Assembly: GCA_012295275.1 (NCBI GenBank)
Contig: CM022674.1
Coordinates: 4,650,001-4,714,000 of the forward strand
Length of the DNA: 64,000 bases
From: Chrysomallon squamiferum
Taxonomy: Eukaryota; Animalia; Mollusca
Reading direction: 5' to 3'
The stretch's first letter is position 1. Each line of letters starts with the position of its first letter. Below the pieces are notes generated by a model that was not told the DNA's origin, made no database searches, and saw nothing but the letters and a program-made list of their open reading frames with translations. This document shows positions 36,538 to 50,685 of the stretch, piece after piece. The position numbers and the translations under genes were made by a program.

Positions 36538-38100
36538 CGACAGTGACGGGGACTCGTTGAGAGATAAAAAAAAAAAAAAAAAAAAAAAAATATGCGGTTT
36601 ATGAAAGTTGGATCTCACGCAGCCTTGGAAACGAGACCGTGACTGAACGTTTGGTGCAAGAGTAGAGAACGCAAACGTGTATTCCACGAGAAGAAGAAGA
36701 AGAAGAGTAAAAGAATAAATGTTTTGTATAATAAATGAAAACTTTGTGTACACATCTCATAGGTATTCAAAAGGGTAGCGAAGGGGAAGAAGGTTCGAGA
36801 ATGGCATTTTTCTCCTTTTTTTTTTCATCATTTTTCTTATTTCTGTTTTGTTTATAAAAAAAAAAAGGAAAATTAATTGCGAATGTTATTCACGACAAGC
36901 ACTGCAGTCCCCCCCCCCTTTTGTGTAATGATCTATCCCGCACAATAACACGTAAAAAAGCGGATATTGTACACGCGGATTTAACTCAATCAAAGAAAAA
37001 AGTCCCGGTAATTTGATACTGACAAGTAGCACATAACATAACAAGACCAGAACCCGATAATAAATAAGTGTAAGTATATAAATAAAATGTTAAAACGAAT
37101 TAAAAATAAAACTAATAATCGAACTAAACTGCTTAAGTTCACTGATGTCAGTCGCACATTCCAGTGTGTAATGCATGGCGGCCATTGTGTTTTTTTTTAA
37201 CACGCAGGGGCAAATGTTAAATTCGTTCCACTAAATGTGTGTGATGTTTATAGTGAGTGAAACTAAAAATGTATATCGCTAAAGTGTTTTGGGTTATCAG
37301 ATAACGTATTGTTAATAATATTTCACTATTAAAACGACGAAAATGTAATTGTACAAAGAAAATTCTCGAGGTCTACTTATTATTTAATTTTTATTTTGTC
37401 CGATTCCTTTCACCCGTTTCTAAAATCCTTCATGTGCCTCTATACACGCACTTTAGCACACACACGTAAAGAAATCGGTCACGCACTCGCAAAAAATGCA
37501 AAAGAAAACACCTGTTTAATATTTTAATAGCCATATATCGTTTGAACCTACATGAAACGTGTAAAAGAAGAAAAACAACAACTGGTATTTGTACATTTGC
37601 ATTGCACATTGTTCTAATTAACGAGAATATTCACTGTATATAGACATTTTGAAATATCTTTACGTGATTTAATGTTATTTGCAACATACAATGTTAATGA
37701 TATTTGTTTTCTATTAAAATATTAATTTTGAATTGTTGTTTTGTTGTTTATTTTTGTCATTAATAATATGGTAATATTTTCTAACTCTTACTAATCGAGG
37801 GTGGGTACAGCTTTTTCATAATGTTCCTGCTTGAGAAGGTCACTAACAACTCTTATTTATACTTGGTAACATTTGTTTGACTTTGAAGGTAGTCTTGCAT
37901 CTTGCCCTGTCGCTTTTGAGTTCAGGTTTTACTGAACATTTTAGTATGATTCTGCATTCTATTGGTTCAAATACATAAAGATAATAAAAAATATTTGTTC
38001 TTACTCTGTCAAATAATCTATTTTTTTTCTTTTTTCTAATAGATTACTATTCATATAATTTCAGTCACAAATCGTTATACTAATCATTCATCATCGTACC

Positions 38101-38144
<44 letters not shown>

Positions 38145-38808
38145 CACAAATTTGTCATGGATGTGTATGTGTATATATATGATTTTGTATTTTTTGTTTC
38201 CTTCATTTGTCCAAACAGACCTTGTAATAACAATAAAATGTGAATTCTTTGTGCTCCTGTTGTGACGTCATTCTGTGATAACGAATAACAAACCTACCCC
38301 GCTAGGCGCCCTCGGAGTATACAGAATGCAATAATCTGAATAGAGGTACCTAACTCGTGCAATCGCATATTTGTCATGGATTATTTCCCTTATGCCAAAA
38401 TAACAAATAATAAAAATTACTTATTCTTTATAGGACCGTAAATTATATTAACTGGAATCAGATGACGAAATTGATTTGAATTCCCATTAATCTCAGAAAA
38501 GTTTAACACAGGTTTTACAAAGTGTTCCGTTTTGCTTTCAAATCTTGTCCATCTTGGACCATTCCATTATTACCGTGTGTAACATGGCAGTGATTTTCGT
38601 GATACGAGCGCGTGCGCACAACCTTGAACTTTCCTTATTTTAAACTTAATATCTATCGGCAGCTGACCTGTTAGTTTATTACAGAGCGCGTGCAGTTTGA
38701 TCTTTTTTTTTTTTTTTTGAATGAATCGGTCATTTTGAAATTTAAAAAATCTGATGTTTGTCATTGTTTCATAATTCAGTGATTTTTTGTTAAAGCGTAT
38801 TTCGACGA

Positions 38809-38887
<79 letters not shown>

Positions 38888-38889
38888 TA

Positions 38890-38926
<37 letters not shown>

Positions 38927-39372
38927 TTATTTATTTATTTATTTATTTATTGTTATTCTTTTTTTGTTGTTGTTGTTCTTGTTCTTGTCTGTTTGGGTTT
39001 GTGCTTTCGTGACAATACTCGGGAGGGAACTGGCACAGGAGGACAAAATCCAATCACGAAGTCCAAGATTCAAACATATTTGTCAGTTATTGCGTGCATT
39101 TATCGTTTTGTGTCATAATACTGAAAGCCTCAGTTATGTAGTTTGAAATTAGTATTATTATGTATGTATGTATGTATGAATGTATGAATGTGTGAATGTG
39201 TGAATGTATGAATGTATGTATGTATGAATGTATGCATGCATGTATGTATGTATATATGTATGTATGTACGGCATGTATGTATGTATGTATGTATGTATGT
39301 GTATGTACTGTGAGTTTACATGGCAGATTAGATAGATCGATCGACATATAGACATAGAAATACACGGATATA

Positions 39373-39544
39373 CAGGGTGGCCCAAAAGTAGGTTTACAGT
39401 AATTACGTAGGCAATTTATTTTAAAATATAAGCATGTTTCAAGCATTAAACAGAAACTGTTTAATCTCTGAGCTGCTCAGAATGTCGTCCTTCAACATTG
39501 TATTTTATGTTTAATAACTGTAAACCTACTTTTGGGCCACCCTT
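39373..39544. mobile_element. Tc1/mariner-type MITE, 172 bp
   Basis: 28-bp TIRs CAGGGTGGCCCAAAAGTAGGTTTACAGT / ACTGTAAACCTACTTTTGGGCCACCCTT differ only at the terminal base. The element is flanked by TA on both sides and has no coding capacity. Confidence 0.9.
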
Positions 39545-39546
39545 TA

Positions 39547-39609
<63 letters not shown>

Positions 39610-40342
39610 CACCATCATACGGCAGAATCAAACAATATTAAAAAACAAAATAACAATCGGTAATTGTCAAGTGTTTAATTCTAAAGACAACATGCAAAAA
39701 TTAATTAGTCATAATTAACGTGTTGAGGAAAAAAGATTTAATGATAACAATCAATAAAAATAGCACGTGATGAGTTCATTATTATCGTATTTCTTTGTCT
39801 GAGATTTTTTTTTTTTTTTAAGAAATGATAAAACATAAGACACATTTAATTTCTCGAAAACGTGTCTTTGTTACACACTAGCAGCACTATGCTATTTTGA
39901 TACACCTTTGTTTTGTACATTAATCTTGTCCTTATTTTTAGTTATATTCCCAGTTACTGAATACACGTATTTATTTAAGTGTTCGTGTTTATGAGAGTAA
40001 AAAAAATAGATAGATACACCCACACATACATACACACGTGTGTGTGTGTGTGTATGTGTCTGTTGATGGGTGTGCGCGTGTGTTCATGTATTTCTGCATG
40101 TATTAGTATTTGAGTGTGTGTGGGTTTAAGCCTTGTGTGTATGTGTGTATGTATGTATGTATGTATGTATGTATGCTAACATAGTTACCAAATTATCCAT
40201 ATGTTTTCGATAACATAACATGATAAACAAATCTTATTTATAATCTTTAATTAGCCTTCTTTAAAAAAAACCAAAACAAAAAACTGAACTTATCCAATAC
40301 ATATTAAAAAACATAGGACCTAATGAATTGTTTACGTGTGTA

Positions 40343-40377
<35 letters not shown>

Positions 40378-40771
40378 ATGAATAAGAAAAACAAGTCATT
40401 ATAAATACATTACCTTGTATTGATTAAAATTAAAATTAAACTTTCTTTTTTTTTCTTTTCTTTTTTTCGTGAAAACGTCCTTGGCTTAGATAAGTTCGTA
40501 AACAATCGATGTAAATTTGTCTATGTAATAATTATTTTAACAACGAACGTTATTTTTAGTCCCGATTGTTCTCGAGAAGCAACAGAGCCTAGTCTATGAA
40601 GGAGTTTAATGTGAAGGGAAAGGTCAAAAAAAAAAAAAAAAAAATAATAATAATAATATAGTGGGAGAAAAAAAAAAAAATATAACCTATGATGTGAAGT
40701 GTTATAATTTGATGCATATATGTGGTCATTTCCTTAAAGGCACATGGCAAAGACTTTTTTTTTTTAATGAT

Positions 40772-40812
<41 letters not shown>

Positions 40813-41100
40813 CAAACACTGCACTCGTAATTAATTTGCAGGTGTTCGCGATAAACATGCATGTGTGTGTGTTTACAGATTTCAACGGAGAATTAATCGA
40901 CTTCAGTTTTCAGCGATGGCGGTATATACATATATATTTATTTTTTTCTTATTTGTTTTTTGTTTGTTTTATTCATTTATTTTTTTTATTTTTTTTATAT
41001 ATATATATATATATATATTTTTTATCGTTCTAGATGAATATATACACACATGATTGGATGAGCATAATTACCATAATAATTACCATATACATGTGTGTAT

Positions 41101-41140
<40 letters not shown>

Positions 41141-42420
41141 TACATAGTATAAACACACATACACATACATACATATTCGTGTATGTATTATGATGGCACC
41201 TGGAATATCGGCCACCTGCCATAAAAGGGCACTTTAGAAATTAATGGCTTCCCTTCTGCATATAAATGTTGATAGTTAAAATTGTTTTAAAAAAAAAAAA
41301 AAAAAAAAAAATTCCTTCATCAACTGTTGTAATTACAATGAAAGAAAACGTTGCTATTTATTATATGCCAGCGGTTTCTAGACTAAGTATCATTCTAAGC
41401 CATAGACGTAAAGCAAAATTACTTATAGAATATGTGTACATACTATTAGATTATATACATATATTATATGTATCTCTAATTATACATATTTGCGAATATT
41501 AACAGCACATGCACAGTTAGGTATATTATTTATATCGTTTATCTAAGTTCTAGGTAGATAAATACATTGACCTCCAAGCAGTTATGAACATAAACAGTTT
41601 TTTTTTTTTTTTTATAAATCGATCTCATCAGTTATCGATCTGATTAATTATCGATCACGTAATCATCACTTCTTATGTCCTTCTGAAAACACTTCATTTT
41701 TGTCTTGTCGCTTTTTATTTTATTGACTTTTCTATTTTTTTATATATATATATACATACACGTTCGGAACTGTTTGTAATCTTTCGTGAAATCCCGTACA
41801 ATTGTGAGAAATCTCGTAAACCTAACTATTCCGAACAGAAATAACATTAAAAAAAAAAAAAAAAAAAAAAAAAAATGGTTGAAAGAAATAATAAGAAAGG
41901 TATATTTTCATAAAATTATTTTTAAAAATTGTATAATATTATCTGAAAATAAAATATGTCACAAAATTAAACATTTTGATAACATCAACTCTGGATCTAG
42001 GCTTCCAGATAAATCGGAATATAGATAAGTACTTTGGAAGCATTATTATTGTTGTTGTTATCATTATTATTAAAGGCACAAATGATCTTTTTTTTTATTC
42101 TTCTCATTATAAGATTCATAAGATATACTTTTATTTTATATTAACATTAACATTTTGATAATAGCTTCTGTAATGCATTGTTTGTTTGTTTGTTTGTTGT
42201 TTTGTTTGTTTGTTGTTGTTTCTTAATTTCAAATACGAAAATGATGAAAGTTATTAAGCAGATTAAATGCAGATTACAAAAAAATTGCGAATTAACATTC
42301 AATAACCATTCTAGTTTACCTTAAAAGCAAGGATATTAACTGAAATATTATTGTCATTATAATTATCTTATGATATTATATTATATTCTACAATCCCTGA
42401 AACTTTACACCCAAGCTTTA

Positions 42421-42522
<102 letters not shown>

Positions 42523-44418
42523 TGTCTTTGCTTAAGTCATTATCTTTGTCATCCATTCTTACACGGACACATAGAAACGCTTACATACGAACATGCATAC
42601 ACAGACAGACAGACATTCAGACAAATAAACATAAATGCAGGCATATATATATACTACATACATACATTCACACATAGACACACAAACAGACATAAATCAC
42701 ACACACACACACATACACATACATACATACATACATCACATATACATACGCACACATTCATGCTTGCATACTTACATATGCACTACACACATGCATATAT
42801 ATATATATATATACGTACAGAGAGGTAGGACGACAGAATGTGCATGAAACCAAAATGACACAAAATTTTAATACGTATGTTTAGGATTCTGCGATCAACA
42901 ACGTTTCAGGTCAGAGCTCGTTTATATAAGGAAACAAAATGGCGACTGATTATAGTCTGCAAAACAGAACACTGTACATTTTCGTTTGTTTGAGAGAACA
43001 AGAGGAAAGAAAGATCACAAAACGCTGCTAATCCAATCAGCAAGAATTCAAAGAAGCAAAAAGATGCTAATTTTCTGGATCGTTTTTGTATTATTAAGTT
43101 CACTTGCTTTTCTCAACGACCGGCTTTATTTCTCAATTTAGTGCTAAAATCAAACAGGTAGACAAAACAGATGTGACTTGATTTTATTATTCGTCTGACT
43201 AAGTCTGGGCAACGACTGAACGTAAACGCTGTGAGAACTGGGGGTATTGTTTGTTTTTTTTTGAAGAAAAAAGATTTTTCTAGTTCTATTGTCAGTTTGC
43301 AATAATAGCAGAGACAGAGTTTTGGTCAACGGTAGAATGAAGTGCAGTTTATTAAGGTCTGTAATGTGTTTAAGAGAAAAACTTGTTGAGTGAGAAGCTT
43401 TGCGATAACGTTAACATCTAAGCTGTAAAACAAGTAATAGGCATTTTATGTATAATCTGAATAATATCGTCAGATGAATGATGGCTTTCATGTAAGTGTT
43501 ATGTGAAAAGCACATATCCTTCCATTAACTCAATGGTCAGCATCAAAGACAACCCATCGATAAAACAACATTTCTGATGTATTTGTTATTTCTGAAGAAA
43601 AGCAAGAAAAAATGTTTTCTAATTAAATGGTTAGCTTTAAATACTGACCATCAAGTAAATTACGGGCGTCATGTTTGCGTTATTCCTGATGATGCCACAT
43701 AACAGACACACATGCACAGTCGTAAACTGGTAATTTGGGTTACAAAGATCAGATATCCAGTAAGACTATAATTTCTCCTGCGCTTCCAGTTCAAGGGAAT
43801 TCAGTTTTGTTGTGATATTCAACCTGTGATGTCTAACTCTCTGTGACACAGCAGATGTTTTGCTGACTCTGCATTTTTAACATTAACACATGCACACACA
43901 TACACAAAAGCAGTCATACACAAATACAAATATACACATATACACCACACACAGAAAAACAAACACACACACACACACACGCATAATTATACAAATACAT
44001 ACATACATACATATACATATATACACACAGTCTCACACCTACAAACAAAATATATACATACATACATACATACATACATACATACATACATACATACATA
44101 CATACATACATACATACATAATTCACACACAAAGATACATATATACATGCATGCATGGATACTTATATACACACAGACATACATACATACATATACAAAC
44201 ATACATTCACATAATAGCATATATTATGTTTTACATAATTCAGTATTCTAACATAACGCTAGTTCTGACCTTAGCAGCTTTATAAACAGAACTGATATTA
44301 AGAAACAGAATTAAAATAGAAAAAGAAACTTTTTTAGTGAATGAAATTTAATCTTTATGACATCACTGGAGGATACAGGATTTCAAAGTGAAATAAAAAA
44401 TAATTAGAAAAAAATAAA

Positions 44419-44481
<63 letters not shown>

Positions 44482-44762
44482 GGAAAACACTGGCCTAACA
44501 AAAATATGTGTTATAAAAGGGGAAGAGAAGAACGTCATCCGATGGATTTACTTTTGTATTATCAGACAGTGAAAGCAGTATTTGGCACTGCAGACCACTT
44601 ATAAGAAATCAGTGGCAGAGAAGCCAAATCTAGACACTAAGTAAAGACAGTTAGTGGTTCAGTTATGTGTGTGTCTTAATAAGAGAGAGAGAACATGAAC
44701 TAATAGCTATAACTTGTTTGAACTTATAATAATAGCAATAATAATAATAATAAGAATAATAC

Positions 44763-44846
<84 letters not shown>

Positions 44847-45189
44847 AAGAATGATAATAAATAATAAATACGATGATAATAACGAAATAATAAATTAAGG
44901 GCAGTAATATTTATTATTTTTACATTCATTAATCTTCTTTCATCATCATCATCATCATCATTATTATTTATTTATTTATTTATTTATTTATATACAAAAA
45001 AAAAAAAAATATCATTGCCATTACACTGTTTTTAAAGTGTGAAATTAATGCCGCAAATTTGAAACATTGGAATTTTTTTTTATACAGATCTATTTATAGA
45101 CAAGACGTTTTTTATTTGTTGTTTTAGTGTGATTTGATAGGATAGTTTTTTTTTTTTTTTTTGTTTTGTTTGTTTTCGTTTGTTTGATT

Positions 45190-45362
45190 GTGCCTTAAGG
45201 TTAGATAAAGGATAAGTTCTATGCCTTGAGATTAGATACAGAATCATTTTCATTTTCATGCTTTAAGGTTAGATAATAAGATCGTTTGGTGCCTTAACAT
45301 AAAGATATAGCATATTTTTCTTTTTTTTTTTTTTTTTTTTTTGGTGCCTTAAGGTCAGATAT
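45190..45362. repeat. Degenerate minisatellite with core TGCCTTAAGGTTAGATA (5 copies) downstream of the GPCR
   Basis: The core recurs at ~45191, 45222, 45259, 45290 and 45345 with variable spacers. Confidence 0.7.
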
Positions 45363-45720
45363 AAATAATATATTTTTTTTTTTATGACTTAGTATTTCTT
45401 ATTCTGAGTAACAGCGAATACAAAGAGAAACTGTTTATATCAGCGACATCTTCAAAAGGTCAGCAAGAAAAAAATAATAAGAAGCGGCCATCACTATCCC
45501 GACCGACATTCACAACAAAACCATTAACAAAATTAAACCCCACCACCATTCTATGAATCCTTCCCGCTGAGGGCGTGTAGCAAATGGGGGAGACACACTT
45601 GTCACAGTTAACCGCAGTCTGTTGACTTTATATATATTCACAGCTTGTCTTGATTTACTGTTTACTTATTGGATCAAGGTCGTACAAAGAGTCAGATTAG
45701 TTAGTGGTTTTTTTCCCTAG

Positions 45721-46336
45721 TCAGCGCATACATTTGCTTCCCCTGGTAAACACTGCCTTCAGCTCCTTACGAAACGCGACGTTCATGAATGCATAAATAA
45801 CAGGGTTTGCCACATTGTACACGAAATACATGTAAAACACAATCATCTTGTACTCGATGAGACGGTGCGCCATCAGCCAGGCGGGGAGAAACGCAAGAAT
45901 AAAGACCACGTTCACTACAAACAACATGGCCGCCGTTCTAATATTGGCCAGGCGATTAAAGTCTCTTCTTTCGCTTTTAGAAATCTTCTTAGAATGGTTT
46001 AAGTTTTCTCGCTCGCTGTGCTGTTCGCTCCCCAGGCCGTTCGTGGCCGTCTTCGAGCACAGTTCCACCTCCTCGTTGGCCTGCACTTGCGTTATTTTCG
46101 TCGCTTCTATCGTCTTCTCGTTGCACGACGGCCTCATCGAACGCTGGCGAAATCGCCATTTTCTCCTCTCGATGACGGACTTGTAGATCAGAGCGTACAG
46201 CACCGAAACGATGACGATGGCGATGAGGAAAAAAGACGCGTACACTTTTTGGTAAACGATCACGAAGTTCTCGCTGAGCAGCCGATAGTTCGGCATGCAC
46301 TTCCCCGTGTAAACGTACTCTGTCCTGTTCTGTCTG

Positions 46337-46367
<31 letters not shown>

Positions 46368-47050
46368 CGCTGATACTACTCGCTTCCTCGGCGACCTGGC
46401 TCACGATCGTAATGTTGTTGTTGTTGTTCCCCAGCGCGATCCTGTGACCGGGAAACCCGGAATCCGCCGGACGTCGTGCCGTTGAAAAAAGGTCGGAGGG
46501 TCTGGTAAACGAATCCTTCGGCCACCGTGTCGTTGACGACGACGGTTCTCTCCTCGTAGACGTTGTACACGAGCGACGTGATGGTGCCGAGAAGAAAGGC
46601 GAACATACTGAGGCTGAAAATAGCGATGTTAGCTCGCTTCGGAGTCATTGCATGTTTGAACGGGTGGCAGATGCAGAGGTACCGGTCCACCCCGATGGCC
46701 ACCATGATGAACGCGGACAGAGGTACGTTGCACGTGATCAGAAAGTGGTACAGCTTGCAGGCGAAGTCGTACGTCACCCGCCGGTCGAGCTCAATGTAGA
46801 TGATGGAGAACGGAATGATGAGGACGCACGTGATGAAGTCGGTGCCCGCCAGGGCGAGGATGAATATGGTGGACGTCACTTTGTCCACCTTGTGGCTGAA
46901 CACGTAGAGAACCAGTCCGTTGCCGAAAGTCCCGAACACGGAAAATACCGAGAGGATTCCGACCACGGCCATGATGGTCGTTTCGGAGATGTCCTTGCCC
47001 ACAGTCATCTCTGCAGTTTTATCGGTGTAGTCTGACGTGGTGTTGATCAT
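45721..47050 (-). CDS. Class A (rhodopsin-like) GPCR, peptide-receptor-like orphan; single coding exon with one frameshift in ECL2
   Basis: ORF 46376-47050 gives TM1-4 (GNGLV, LALAGTD, C..Y, VAIGVDRYLCICHP). ORF 45721-46404 gives the ECL2 Cys and TM5-7 (LYALIY, FILAFLPAW, NPVIYAF). The frames overlap without stops between ~46405 and ~46560. The acceptor TTGCAG at 47074-47079 implies upstream non-coding exon(s). Confidence 0.88.
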
Positions 47051-47506
47051 TGTTTCATTTCACGATGTCTCACCTGCAAGATTAGAAGGAAAAAGAAAGT
47101 AAATTGAACATTACTGAACTATAGAAACATAAAAATTAAAAAAAAAAAAATTAAAAATAAAACATACTGTAACGTATTATACCATAGAATAATCAGAATG
47201 AAGAGAGACAGAAATTCTGGGTGATAACATAATTTTGCTTCTATTGATAATAATTAGTATAACGGAAATATTTTGGCTTCCCAACGAGGATTGTGAAAAG
47301 CAGCAGTGATTCTTAGCAAAGTTCCTGTTTGTTTGTTCCATTACAAATACACACACGTAAAGCTTTCATAGTAGACGATATTTTGAACTGCGACATAATT
47401 CCTAAATCAACGCAATAAAAACAACACAAATAAATTCACCAAATTATAGTGTAAGACAACAGCATATGTTTCGTTATCACATTAATATTAACGCCGGCAA
47501 GAGAAA

Positions 47507-47810
47507 TGACGTCACATGATACCATCACAACAATAAGGGTTTATTGCCCTGGAGTATTCCATAAATACATTAGACTCAATTAGCAAAAGATTATATATAT
47601 AAAAAAAAAAATCAATAATAAAAAAAATAAAAAAGTCTTGACGTCACAGTATCTGGTTGAGTTGACGATAAATAAGTAAATAAATAACAACATCTAAAAT
47701 GACGTCACTTGATTATAAGACGTCATCTGAAAATGTTGCTGAGATGATTTATACTATCACACGTGACTGGTACCATTAGTGTATCACTCACGAGGACTGA
47801 AATGACGTCA
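47507..47810. promoter_or_regulatory. Cluster of CRE/ATF palindromes upstream of the GPCR coding exon
   Basis: TGACGTCA at 47507, 47639, 47700 and 47803, a 7/8 match at 47718, and CACGTG at 47760. Confidence 0.55.
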
Positions 47811-50057
47811 TACTTATCTGTAGCTTAAATGGTGTCTTATACTTCTGTTACTACCTCTTCACCCTTCTTTATCACGATATATGGAGTTTAAATTGTTTCA
47901 CATTTTTTTTTTTTTTTTTTTTTTTTAACGATGTCGTGAGTTTTAATTTAGTCACATGCGTATGTGACGACATCTTGAAGAGATTAAATGACGTAATATA
48001 ATTCTGTTTTACGGTGTTAAGATTGGCAGGAGACGTTTTTTTTGCAGAAATGAAGAAAAGGGTCGTTCCCCTGTAGCTCATATAATAGAAAACACACATA
48101 TAAGCCACCTGAGACCGACCCATTTCAACACCAGCTGTATCAGTCTTCACCTGGCTTCCTTTGACAGGTGTCGCCTCCATCACGTACCTTTAGTGCGCGT
48201 GTGTGCGTGTGTGCGTGCGCGTGAGTGTGTGTGTGTGTGTGTATACCTTTCATCGGACCATGTATATTTACACTAACAGTCTACATAGTCATATTTCTCT
48301 GAATTTGCTGATATTCCACATATATCATGTACGTATATATATATATATATTTATATATTTATACCTGGCCGTGCTGCATATAACTGTAGTTCACACGCAC
48401 ACATGCATATATACACAAACTTGTTTAATTTGTACGAAATTTCTAGTACATTTATATACAGTATACACACACGCACACACAAACCACACACTAATACATA
48501 CACATAAAAGAAACATGATTTCACTTGTATGCAGTAGGTACATACTTTGCGCACGTACATAATACACAAACACATACATACATAAACAGAAACGTACATA
48601 AATGTTTATATACACTTATGCAAACACACATACATATATACACACAGAATATATTTTTTTCTGGGAATATTTTTAATAAAAAAGCTTTAGGCAGTTAATA
48701 AAAAAAAAAAATAATAAAAAGCACTGCATTAGTTCTTTTTTTTTCTATAAAAAAACAAATCTTTTGATAAATATACGAATTTCCGTGAACGATATTGCTG
48801 TTTTCTTTCACCAGAAACAAGCCATACGATCTTTTTTTTTTTCTTTCTTCTTCTTCTTCTTCTTCTTCTTCTCTTTGCTTTCCCAGTGTTCAAACAATTC
48901 GCTTTAAGCCGGTGTTTACACTCGCTCGTCAAAAGGCGAAATCAAATATCGGCAAACAAGTGATTCAAATAAAACTTTGGCCCGTCTCCGAAAAGTCAAC
49001 GGCTGGTGATTGTAATTGGACAATTCTTCGACTCGTATTTGTTCGTTTGCAATTGTGTTTATTAAAGCAACCATGGGCCCGTTTTGATTTGTGTCGCGCG
49101 CGGTCCGCAATATGCCAAAACTCGGCAGCGGGTTATTTGAGAAACGTCTCTGTTGAGCAAAGTGCGAAAAGCCTTTCGATAAAAACAACAGATGTTTCTA
49201 TCGGACGCGTCGATCGAAGGAAACATTTCATTTGTTTTATTGGATCTGCGCGGATTTTTGTTGTTGTTGTTGCGGTGGTGGTGGTAGTGGTGCTGCTGTT
49301 TCTCTCTTTGTTTTCACTTCAATGAAGTGCCTGTGTTCTTACAATGGGCCGTGATGGGATTTTCTGTACGATGATATGGTCATCAATGGACCATCTTGAT
49401 GAAATCGCACGAGTCATTCTCAGTCGCTTTGTTGCCGGCTGTTTAGTGGACCAAGAGTAAATACGTTGGACCATGGAAATGAGGATCTTGTTTTGAAGAA
49501 ATCGTTCTGAGATATTTCATTACGGTTTGATGACGTCCTGCCGATTTCGCTAAACTGATTAAAAAGAAAGAGCGTAGATAGGACCTCCTGTTTGAACAAC
49601 ACGAACACTTATTTTAAACGTGAGATAACGAAGGGGTCGTTTCCACCTCGAGATTTAGTGTCGATATTAGAGTTAATTTAAAAAAAAAAAAAAAAAATGA
49701 ATCATGAAAAAGGAAAAAAAATAAACGAAATGAAACGAAACGTATTATAAGAGTAATCGATAATGGTAACTGAATCCTTAATGAAAAAAAAAAAAAAAAA
49801 AAATTTTTTTTTTTTTTAAAAAGAATTGGAATGAATAATGAATGAAGTCGTGACGATCATTGAATTATGAATAATGATGATTGAGTAATGAATGAATAAT
49901 TAAATAAAGATGACTGAATAAAGAAAGAATCGATGATGAATGACGACAATAGATGCATGCTTACGAAATTATAAATTAATTAAGGAATGGGTGGTTGAAT
50001 TACGAATAAGAGAATAAATGAATACATGTTTAACAATCTACCATAGTTTAATACTCA

Positions 50058-50118
<61 letters not shown>

Positions 50119-50279
50119 TAATAAGAAACGTAGCTCAACATTAAACACTTTGTAATCCTATATGTATATGTATACATACACACATATACACATACAGACA
50201 GACATACATATACGCTATGAATACAAGAGAGAAGAAACCTAATTCCAATATCTAAACGTCTTCCACTTCTCACAGATTC

Positions 50280-50410
50280 GAACTCATAAAGTTTATTAAA
50301 TAGAACTGAGGAGCACTGGCTGGGAAAGGATATAACGTAGTGGTGACGTCACGCGGGAATTGATCTTGAAACCTTCTGTCCCTCAAGCCATGCACTTAAA
50401 CGGCAGTCCC
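50280..50410 (-). mobile_element. Possible degraded tRNA-derived SINE fragment (related remnants possibly at ~61920-62060 and ~62350-62480)
   Basis: The minus strand has a B-box-like AGATCAATTCCC followed by CCCAGCCAGTGCTCC, a core I recall from gastropod SINEs. The sequence is highly diverged and recognition is from memory only. Confidence 0.3.
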
Positions 50411-50626
50411 CTTTTGTAAGAAATAGACTAATATAGGACGTTATTATGTATCGGTTACTGCACGGTATTGATCGTGTGGCCTGCTAGGCCTGAAGATGTG
50501 TGTTTAACCATAGACCAGACAAGTAATTACGACAATAAATGCTTACAGTATTAATTTAAATTCAGAAATCATAGAATATCGCCAAAATATCTTTCTTAGT
50601 AGACAAGTGTGTATGTGTGTGTGGGC

Positions 50627-50685
<59 letters not shown>

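Noticed and set aside
48795-49325. 176-aa ORF in a unique-sequence island
   Set aside because: It has a non-ATG start, microsatellite-derived ends and no recognisable domain, so it is more likely non-coding sequence upstream of the GPCR exon.
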